This document shows, piece by piece, positions 26,568 through 34,029 of a DNA stretch of 34,577 nucleotides (within the stretch, counting starts at the first letter, position 1; each line of letters starts with the position of its first letter). The notes beneath the pieces are model-generated. The model saw only the letters and a program-made list of their open reading frames with translations. It did no database searches and had not been told where the DNA came from. The stretch spans positions 1-34,577 of the forward strand of contig JANLPS010000157.1 in assembly GCA_031367385.1 (NCBI GenBank), in the 5' to 3' direction. This DNA is from Archangium sp. (GTDB lineage: Bacteria; Myxococcota; Myxococcia; Myxococcales; Myxococcaceae). Both the position numbers and the translations under genes were made by a program.

Positions 26568-27260
26568 GTGAGCCGTCGGCGGCGGTGGCCGTGGGTGTTG
26601 TTGCTCGTGGTGATGGCCGTGCTGTGCGCCGCGACGTACCTGCGCTCGAGGCTCGCGTACGAAGTGCCCGCGGGCTTCAGCTCGATCAAGGCGCTCTCGG
26701 TGTACCAGCAGCCTGAGATGCTCGAGCGGGCGTGGGCGTTGCCGGTGGCGTCGAAGTACCCGAGGCCTCCGCTGTGGCAGTCGAACCCCTCGGCGTGCGG
26801 GCCGACCGCGGTGGCCAACGTGCTGCACTCGACGGGAGCGCTCGAGGCCACCGCTGACAGCGTCGCTGAATTCGGTGCCGGGTGTTTCAAGGGGGTGTGC
26901 TTCGGCGGGCTGACGCTCGAGCAGTTGGCGACGGCGACCCGAGGGGCGGCTCCGAAGTGGCAAGTGAGCACGCTGCACACGCTCACGCTCGAGCAATTTC
27001 GCGACGAGCTGCGGCAGGCGAATGCGCTCGAGCGCCGGTTGATCATCAACTTTCACCGGGGCCCTTTGTTCGGCACCGGAGGCGGGCACCACTCGCCCAT
27101 CGCGGGGTACCTCGAGGCCGATGATCTGGTCTTCGTGCTCGACGTGAACGAGCACTACCACCCATGGTTGGTGCCGGCGCCGCGGCTGTATGAGGCGATG
27201 CACACCGTCGACCCGTCGAGTGGCGAGCTGCGCGGGCTGTTGCGCATCGAGCTTCGGTAG
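26568..27260 (+). CDS. Phytochelatin synthase family (papain-like) protein with N-terminal membrane anchor
   Basis: Q.NPSACGPTAVANVL (Cys), GLTLEQLA, IINFHR..LFG.GGGHHSPIAGY (His), VLDVN (Asp), RGLLRI. Confidence 0.88.
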   Translation: MSRRRRWPWVLLLVVMAVLCAATYLRSRLAYEVPAGFSSIKALSVYQQPEMLERAWALPVASKYPRPPLWQSNPSACGPTAVANVLHSTGALEATADSVAEFGAGCFKGVCFGGLTLEQLATATRGAAPKWQVSTLHTLTLEQFRDELRQANALERRLIINFHRGPLFGTGGGHHSPIAGYLEADDLVFVLDVNEHYHPWLVPAPRLYEAMHTVDPSSGELRGLLRIELR

Positions 27261-27475
27261 GCGTTGGGAGATACGTGTACTGCTTGCGCTCCATTTTCGT
27301 AACCTCACCCCACCCCAGGCCCGTAGGGGCTCCTGTCGGGTCTGTGTAACATCAGCTGCAGTCGCTCACGAAGGCTCGTCAGCGAACGGCCACTGAGCGA
27401 CGGAGCTGTGACGAGGCAAGTGGCGCTACGTACTCCTGAGGTTCTCGACTTTGTCGAGCCGTGCTTGACGGGACC

Positions 27476-27646
27476 CACGTTGCCGTTCGCGTCGACAGGG
27501 CGAACGTCGGGCAAGGCATTGAAGCTGCCGACGTCAGACCGGCCGCAGCTCGAGGGCTCCACCACCATGTTCGAGGCCCGCTCGGCGATGCCGTAGTCGA
27601 GCGAGGTTGCGGGCATCTTCATGAACTCGCGCTTGAGCACTGCCGG
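27476..27646 (-). pseudogene. Mannose-1-phosphate guanylyltransferase (ManC) internal fragment
   Basis: FMKMPATSLDYGIAERASNMVV...G(R)SDVGSFNALPDVRPVDANGNV matches ManC SIDYAVME...WSDVGSW..L...D..GNV. No N-terminal domain, and the conserved W is replaced by R. Confidence 0.75.
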
Positions 27647-27669
27647 GGCCCTGGCTTGGGAGCCGCGCG

Positions 27670-27926
27670 CCGAAGCCATCGCCTGACATCTTGGTCGCAA
27701 GCTCGAGCGTGGCGCGGTCTTGCGCTTCATCGGCGGCGCGAGCGCTTTCGATTGCCTAGGCCACGGAGCGTTCGGCTGCTTTGACGATCGCCTCCGTTTC
27801 GACCAGTGCGAGATAGGCCTTTTCAAACGCGTCACGCGCGGCACGGGTGCACTTCGAGGTCACAGCTGAAAGCGCTGCGTTGATGAGTCGGCCCAATGCC
27901 AACATCGAGAGGGTGTTCGTTGCCAC
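27670..27926 (-). pseudogene. Truncated helical hypothetical gene interrupted by an in-frame TAG
   Basis: Strong SD AAGGAGG (27933-27939, minus) 6 nt before GTG at 27926. Helical protein to TAG at 27756-27758, continuing in frame as AIESARAADEAQDRATLELATKMSGDGF. The 3' boundary is approximate. Confidence 0.45.
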
Positions 27927-28109
27927 GTGCTGCCTCCTTCGGTTGAGGAGTCGCCACAGCGCAGCCGACATGCCGAGCTCAATCAATTGTATTTATTCCG
28001 CTTCTCGAAAACGCACGGTCCACGAAGGAGAGCCATGAGGCCGCAGGCAGCCGATAAACCTTTGTTGCAGCGTTTCAGAAGATGCGACCGCGAGTCACCG
28101 CCTTGCGGG

Positions 28110-28140
28110 GCCCTGACCGACATGGAGGGCACTTTTTTTT
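28110..28140 (+). terminator. Intrinsic terminator-like hairpin with U8 tract
   Basis: GCCCT(ga)CC-gacat-GG-AGGGC followed by AC and T8. Confidence 0.45.
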
Positions 28141-28263
28141 GGTCTCGCGCGGCCTCAACCGGAGTTGATGAGATCATTTCCGCTCACGCTCACCTGCCCT
28201 GCGCTCGCCGCAGGCCATCGAGCCGTTGCTTTGCGCCTTCCGAGCATGGTAGCCGCGCGACCC

Positions 28264-28839
28264 ATGGCCTTTTGGTTGACCCGTTGGTTCAGACCCGCCC
28301 GAGCGACCGCCTTGCCCGCGCCAATTGAAGACAGCGCGCTCGCAGACGAGCCGCCCGCCTGGGCTGCTGAGCTGCTCGACCTCACGAAAAAATCAGCCCG
28401 AGGCCAGGTGCGCTTGACGATGACCGTCGACGACCTCAAAGCCCAGGTCGAAGGGGGCTTCAGCTCGCTCGAAGCACAGGCGCAAGCACACTCTCTCGTC
28501 GCCGGAACCGCCGCGAACCCCCGATGGGACGACATGCTCGATGCGATGGACCTGCTCGAGACCGTCATTGTGAGCCCCGAGGCGCAGGCGACCCCAGCGC
28601 TGGCCTTGGGCCTTCGCGGAGTGCTCGCACGCCTAGGCTCGGTGCTCGAGCAGAACGCCTTGGAGCGGCGCGCGCCCAGAGGCAGCCTGCCTGACGGCCG
28701 GCTCTTTCGCGTGGTGGGCATTGAAATGGCCGACGATCTGCCCGAGGGCGTCATCTCACGCGTCGTGCGCGCAGCCGTGCTTCGGGGAGATCAGCTGATT
28801 CGCGAAGGTGAAGTGCTTACCAATCGGAGAATGACATGA
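28264..28839 (+). CDS. grpE: Divergent nucleotide exchange factor GrpE
   Basis: LLDAMDLLE-like helix, GLRGV..RL..VL.Q..LER, and beta domain G..PDGRLFRVV...PEGVISRVVR.....DQLIREGEV. ATGA overlap with hsp70. Start is uncertain. Confidence 0.75.
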   Translation: MAFWLTRWFRPARATALPAPIEDSALADEPPAWAAELLDLTKKSARGQVRLTMTVDDLKAQVEGGFSSLEAQAQAHSLVAGTAANPRWDDMLDAMDLLETVIVSPEAQATPALALGLRGVLARLGSVLEQNALERRAPRGSLPDGRLFRVVGIEMADDLPEGVISRVVRAAVLRGDQLIREGEVLTNRRMT

Positions 28840-30494
28840 GTCATACATTTGGCATTGACCTCGGTACGACCAATTCGGTGATTTCACAGTTGGTCAACGG
28901 GCGACCGCAGCCCATCGACATCGACGGTAGCCCCATTGTGCCTTCGGTGGTGTTGTTCGAAGGAGAGCGCGTCTGGGTTGGTCGCAAAGCCCGCAATCTC
29001 GAGCTTGAGCAGCCCGAGCGAACCATTCGGTCGGTCAAACGAAAAATGGGTCAGTCGCATTCGTACCAGGTAGGCGATCGCGTGCTGAGCCCTGAAGAGG
29101 TCTCGGGCGAGATTCTGCGTGCGCTCAAAGACGGTGCCGCGGCGGCGACAGGGCACGAGGTGACCGATGTCGTCATCACAGTGCCGGCCTATTTCGACGA
29201 CGCGCAGCGACGCTCGACGTTGCGGGCGGGTGAGCTCGCCGGCCTCAATGTGCTTCGGCTGCTCAACGAGCCAACCAGCGCGTCGCTGGTGTACGACCAA
29301 GTCGGAGCCGCCGCGCAGCCCGGAGTGCCCGAGATCGTGCTCATCTATGATTTGGGCGGTGGCACCTTCGACGTCTCTGTGCTCGAGGTCTTCGATTCTG
29401 TCAGAGAGGTTCGTGCCACAGCCGGCAACTCGGTGCTCGGCGGCGACGACTTCGATGAATTGCTGGTGCGGTTTTTTCTCGACGAGCTTCGGCGCACAGC
29501 TGGGGTCGACCCGCGCGAAGACGTTCGGGCGATGGCGCGCCTGCGACGGCTTGCAGAGGACACCAAGATTCGCTTGTCGACCGACACCTCGGTCATGGTC
29601 AAAGAAGAGTTCATCACCCGCAGCGGCGATGCCCCAGTTCACTTATTGGTCGAGGTGACCCGGCGTCAGTTCGAGTCGATGATTCGGCCACTGCTCGATT
29701 CGACCATCGCCTTGGTTACCCAAGTCATGGCCGATGCCAAGTTGGGCGACCAACCGCTCTCGAGAGTGTGTCTGGTCGGCGGGTCGACCCGCATTCCACT
29801 GGTGCGCTTGTTGCTTCAAGCGGCGCTCGCCATCGATGTTCACGACGAAATCGACGTTGATCTCGCCGTGGGCTTGGGCGCCTGCCTCCAAGCTGGCCTG
29901 CTCAAAGGAGCGTCCGTCGAACGAATTCTGGTCGACGTGGCTTCGCACAGCCTGGGCATGAAAGTGTTTGGCGAAGACGACGAAGCCCGGGCCGAGGTCG
30001 ACACGTTCGCCAAAGTGATTCACCGAAATACCGTATTGCCCGCGAGGCGAGCTGAGGAGTTCTATACGCTGGTCGACGACCAAGCCGCCCTTGAGGTCGA
30101 AGTGTTTCAGGGCGAAGCTTCACGCACCTCAGAGAATGCGCGCGTCGGCTCGTTCAAGTACCCGCTCGCACCCAGCCGCGAGGGCACCCCGGTTCGGGTC
30201 GAGTTCGCGTACGATCTCAATGGCGTCGTCAAGGTCACCGTTTGCCAGCGCGGTGGGGCTGAAAAGACGGTCTCGCTTTCGGTCGCCGATGCCGCTGCGG
30301 TGAACTCCAGCCTCACAAAAACAGGCACGGGCAGCCCAATCGCAAGAAAGGCATACCAGTTGCTCGGCCGGTTGACGGGCGACGTGCGAACCACGCTCGA
30401 GCGATTGCTGAGCGACTTCGAAGCGTGCCACAGCGGCGCCGAGGAGGCACTGCTCGACTTCTTTGTCGACCACGAGTCGTCAACCGAGAACTAG
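28836..30494 (+). CDS. Hsp70 family chaperone (specialised DnaK paralog, short C-terminal lid)
   Basis: GIDLGTTNS, TVPAYFDDAQR, LLNEPT, YDLGGGTFDVS, LGGDDFD, LVGGSTRIP, linker ILVDV, and SBD VFQGE / FAYDLNGVV. 552 aa. Confidence 0.95.
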   Translation: MSHTFGIDLGTTNSVISQLVNGRPQPIDIDGSPIVPSVVLFEGERVWVGRKARNLELEQPERTIRSVKRKMGQSHSYQVGDRVLSPEEVSGEILRALKDGAAAATGHEVTDVVITVPAYFDDAQRRSTLRAGELAGLNVLRLLNEPTSASLVYDQVGAAAQPGVPEIVLIYDLGGGTFDVSVLEVFDSVREVRATAGNSVLGGDDFDELLVRFFLDELRRTAGVDPREDVRAMARLRRLAEDTKIRLSTDTSVMVKEEFITRSGDAPVHLLVEVTRRQFESMIRPLLDSTIALVTQVMADAKLGDQPLSRVCLVGGSTRIPLVRLLLQAALAIDVHDEIDVDLAVGLGACLQAGLLKGASVERILVDVASHSLGMKVFGEDDEARAEVDTFAKVIHRNTVLPARRAEEFYTLVDDQAALEVEVFQGEASRTSENARVGSFKYPLAPSREGTPVRVEFAYDLNGVVKVTVCQRGGAEKTVSLSVADAAAVNSSLTKTGTGSPIARKAYQLLGRLTGDVRTTLERLLSDFEACHSGAEEALLDFFVDHESSTEN

Positions 30495-30497
30495 CGC

Positions 30498-32381
30498 ATG
30501 AGTGCTCTCGACGACGTCAGCAAAGGGCTTCGCAGAAATGACGCAGAGCTGGCCGTTTCGGCCTTGCTCAAGGTGGCATCGGCAGAGCGCGAGAGCGTTT
30601 TGCCAGCCGTCGGCGCGCTGTTTCGTCAGGCGGTGCTCGAGGTGCACCGTCGCGGTGAGTGGTCGAGAGGCGTCTTCTGGGCCGCGCGCGCCGAAAAAGA
30701 ACCGAGGCTGTACGGGCTTCCTGATTCTGACGACCACCGTGCAGTGCTGTGGGCATTGATGTGGGCGGCGGTGATCAGCCGCGAATTCGAGCGCGCCGCT
30801 CGGCTCTGGGCGCTCGTTCGCCCGCAGGTCGAAGCCAAGGCTCCCGCATTGGCTCTGGCTATTGAGGCCCACATTGCCTCGCGCGGTTCACCACCGCCCG
30901 CGCTGATCGCCGCGCTGAACGTGCCCGAGCCAGACCCGCGCCTGGGCCGCGAGCCGACTCAGAGTTCGAGCAAGCTCACCCTCCCGGCCCCGACGACGCT
31001 TGTGTCAGTCGAGTCGAGCGTGCTCGCAGCCTGCAGTGGTTTGCCGTGGGCGCAGTTCGCCGACACCGTTACCACCTGGGTGCGCACCGCGACCCCCGAG
31101 CTGGCCAGGACCATCGCGACGCTGGCCACTTCGCTTGCGGTGCGCGAGCTGCTGGTTCGCTTCTCAGAGGCGGCGAATTCGCAAAGAAGCGTGCCAGGGC
31201 TGCTGGTGGCCGAACTGATTCGTCAGGTCGGCGCTCAGGCCACGATGTCAGAAGATGTGCTGCTCGCGTTTCGATTGGTAGCCAGTGACGGCGCCCAGCA
31301 GCCCTTTGCGAATGAGCAGGCGGCTCGGCCGTTCTGTGCGCTTGCCTCTGCGACGGCAGCATACGAGCTCCACCGCCCCCTTGTCGTGCGCGCCCTCGAA
31401 AGTCGCTTGTTCGCGCCCGCGGCCGCCCGGTCGGGCCTGCGCTTGCTCGAGGGCCTGGCCACGAAAACGCTGCCGCCAGAACTCTTTGCGAAAGCCGTCG
31501 CGCTGATCTGCATGGAGCAACACGAATTCGTCCCTGAAGCGCCCGCCTGGTTACGCCAAGCGTGGGAGTTGCTCATGAAAGAGCCCACCGACTTTCAGCG
31601 ATGGATTTCGGCCCTGCCCGAGCGTGAGCGCGGCCCCACTCTCATGCGCTGTCTTGAAGCCCTGCCTTTGCAGTGTACCGAAGCCCTGGTTGAGGCCTTG
31701 TGGTCGAGCGCCGACAAGTCGCTCAGAACGCTGTTGGCTCGCATCGTCGCGACGCAAGCCGAAGCCATGGCAGACGACATCGATTTCGAAGACACGCAAC
31801 TGCCCAACGAGCTGCGCGGGCTCTACGAGCGGTTCATTGATGAACGGGGCTCGATGCCCGCGCTCGCTGCCAAGCTGCTCGAGCGGCAGCAGGGTCGCAT
31901 GCTTGGGTACCATCGAGCCTTTCTTGAGGTAGCGCTCAGCGAAGCGAAGACATTGGGTGAAGCGAGCCGATATCTCGAGCAGCATTTGGCCGTGTCGAAC
32001 GATGTGGTCTCACGCATTGATGCGATGGCTGAGGCTGACAATGCCGGTTGGGGTTCACTGAGTGAGCGCATCGTTCGGCAGTTGGTCGATGAATTGGCGG
32101 CCAGCCCCGAGCGTCTTGGCGAAGCGGTTGAGGCCGCAGACAGGTGTGGTGCACCAGATGCACGGCTTCGGCCAATGGCCGAGGCGCTGCTCGCCGCTTC
32201 GACACGAATGTCAGCAACGCCGAGCTCGGCTCTGCAAAAAACGCTTGGTCGAATTCGACGGTTCGTGAAAAAGCCGACGAAGAAGCCGGGCGCCAAAAAG
32301 AACGGGGCCAAGCCCCGCAAACCCAAGAAAGCTTCTGAGCCACCCAACCCGTCGGGTGGTCAGAACGACCTCCCTTTTTGA
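30498..32381 (+). CDS. Hypothetical alpha-helical (TPR/solenoid-like) protein, 627 aa
   Basis: Long ORF 3 bp after hsp70. Ala/Leu/Glu/Arg-rich helices, a Pro-rich linker, and a Lys-rich tail ending in QNDLPF. No catalytic motif recognised. Confidence 0.8.
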   Translation: MSALDDVSKGLRRNDAELAVSALLKVASAERESVLPAVGALFRQAVLEVHRRGEWSRGVFWAARAEKEPRLYGLPDSDDHRAVLWALMWAAVISREFERAARLWALVRPQVEAKAPALALAIEAHIASRGSPPPALIAALNVPEPDPRLGREPTQSSSKLTLPAPTTLVSVESSVLAACSGLPWAQFADTVTTWVRTATPELARTIATLATSLAVRELLVRFSEAANSQRSVPGLLVAELIRQVGAQATMSEDVLLAFRLVASDGAQQPFANEQAARPFCALASATAAYELHRPLVVRALESRLFAPAAARSGLRLLEGLATKTLPPELFAKAVALICMEQHEFVPEAPAWLRQAWELLMKEPTDFQRWISALPERERGPTLMRCLEALPLQCTEALVEALWSSADKSLRTLLARIVATQAEAMADDIDFEDTQLPNELRGLYERFIDERGSMPALAAKLLERQQGRMLGYHRAFLEVALSEAKTLGEASRYLEQHLAVSNDVVSRIDAMAEADNAGWGSLSERIVRQLVDELAASPERLGEAVEAADRCGAPDARLRPMAEALLAASTRMSATPSSALQKTLGRIRRFVKKPTKKPGAKKNGAKPRKPKKASEPPNPSGGQNDLPF

Positions 32382-32395
32382 TGCGAGCGTGAACC

Positions 32396-32758
32396 ATGGC
32401 GTCACCCTTTGCTGTTCTCGCTCTGTCACCGACACTCGATCGAGCCGCGGTGAAGCGAGCCTATTTTGCGAAATTGGTGCTTCACCCGCCGCATACCGAT
32501 GCAGATGCTTTTCGAAAGCTGCGTGATGCCTACGAGGCGCTCACCGCGCCGGGTGGCCTCGAGCGAGCCTACGCGGTCGCGCCGATCGACATCTGGCTGA
32601 GGCTCGAACAGGCTCGAGCTCGCTTCGACGTCGCTCTGGCAGAGGCGAGTCGCCATGCGCATCAGAGCGATGACGCGAGGCGACAGGTGAAGCGGTTTGT
32701 CGAGGTGGTGTCGCAAATGAGCTGCGACGAAGCGGTGAGCACCTTCGGCGGTGTCTGA
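32396..32758 (+). CDS. Small J-domain (DnaJ class III-like) protein with non-canonical HPPH motif
   Basis: PFAVLAL....DRAAVKRAYF....HPPHTDADAFRKLRDAYEAL matches J-domain helices I-III. Confidence 0.85.
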   Translation: MASPFAVLALSPTLDRAAVKRAYFAKLVLHPPHTDADAFRKLRDAYEALTAPGGLERAYAVAPIDIWLRLEQARARFDVALAEASRHAHQSDDARRQVKRFVEVVSQMSCDEAVSTFGGV

Positions 32759-32996
32759 ACGCGGGGCGCGCGCGTTGCGTGGGCGCGCCTGATCTGATCA
32801 CTCAACCCGCCCGTAGAGCTTTCACTCATCAACAAACCGCTGCGCTGAGGTAGACGCCGTCAGTGGCCACCAGTGGTCTCAAAGAACATTTGCCGACCCA
32901 CAGGTCGCCTCCGCTCGGCCTCGCCTCGCTCCGGCGCCGACCGACCGACCGACGACGCGAAACTCAGATCACTCACTCAGCCTCTGATCTGCGCCC

Positions 32997-33048
32997 GGTC
33001 CACTCCTCACGAGCAAAGGTGGGTCACTTCTCGCGAGCGCTGAAGTCA
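32997..33048. repeat. IS21-type terminal region: two 18-bp direct repeats at 24-bp period
   Basis: GGTCCACTCCTCACGAGC (32997-33014) vs GGGTCACTTCTCGCGAGC (33021-33038), 14/18 identical, followed by GCTGAAGTCA. Adjacent to istA/istB remnants. Confidence 0.55.
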
Positions 33049-33222
33049 GCGGCCCTATTGCCAGCCCCGACCTCGGTCATCAGCCCAGTCGCGATGCGCA
33101 CCTCACGCCAATAAACCGCCGCGTTGATGGCCGATGACTGCTCTGCAAAACACCGACCCGGCAGCCAGTACGCTCGCCACGAGCCATCGAGCCCGCAACG
33201 ATCTCGCTCAGCAACAGCCAGT

Positions 33223-34029
33223 CGCTACTACGGCTTCACCTTCGTCGCGCACGAGAAGGGCGACGCCAACCGCTCTGCCCACGTCGAGCGTGGCTTCGAC
33301 CACATCGAGCGCACTTCATACCCGGTCGAGCCTTCACCGACTTCGCGCACCTCAATCTCGAGGCGCGCGCATGGTGCGAGCGCGCCAACCGCAAACAGCG
33401 CCGCGCGCTGCACTGCGGGCCAGTGCGCTCGAATTCTTCGCGAAGAGCAATCCCATTCGGTGCCGCGCCCGGCATGGGTGCCTGAAGTGTATTTGTTGCA
33501 CCGCCGCGTGATGGAGATCGAAGGCTTCGTACACGTCGATGGCCAGATTTTCTCGGTGCCCTGGCGGCGCATCGGTCGCCAGCTCAAGGTGCGCGAGACG
33601 AAGGACAAGGTCGTCATCTACGACGGGCCGCGTCTGGTCGCCCAGCACCCGCGCATCTTCTGTTTCGGCAAGAAGCGCCTGACAGAACCTGCGCACCGCC
33701 CACCGAAAGGCGTGGGAGCAAGGCATGCAAAACTGCCCACACCCGAGGAGGCCGAGCTGTTGCGCGCCGAAGCGCCGCTGCCTGACTTCGCTAAAGAGGT
33801 GAAGGTGCGCGCGTCGTCGCGCTGGCCCACGGTGCTGCGACGACTGGCGCAGATGCATCGCGACTACCCGCGCAAACCCTTCCTCGCCGCGGTGACGTCA
33901 GCGTCACACTACGGCCTCTTCGACCTCGACCGGCTGGAGCGAATGGTGCTCCGGAACATCGCCACCGAGTACTTCGTCGTGCCGGCCGACCGAGGGACTC
34001 CCGACGACGAGGAACCAAATGAAGGATGA
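33223..34029 (+). pseudogene. istA: IS21 family transposase IstA, 5'-truncated and frameshifted
   Basis: YGF.FVAHEKGDANRSAHVER, then (shifted frame) FIPGRAFTDFAHLNLEARAWCERAN, then WVPEVY..H.R....GFVHVDG..FSVP..IGRQLKVRE...A.H, YGLFDLDRLERMVL. HTH and first DDE residues are absent. Confidence 0.88.

Noticed and set aside
27756..27758. In-frame TAG as pyrrolysine or recoding
   Set aside because: TAG is used as a normal stop elsewhere in the window (7709, 23941, 27260, 30494), and the gene is also truncated downstream.
28836..30494. Calling the Hsp70 the housekeeping dnaK
   Set aside because: It is short, has a truncated lid, is paired with an atypical J protein rather than full DnaJ, and lies in an accessory context.
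32762..32790. GGCGCGC...GCGCGCC hairpin after the J-domain gene as a terminator
   Set aside because: No U-tract, and GC-only stems arise easily by chance here.
32863..33114. 83-aa ORF upstream of istA
   Set aside because: It spans IS terminal repeats and low-complexity sequence, with no protein-like features.
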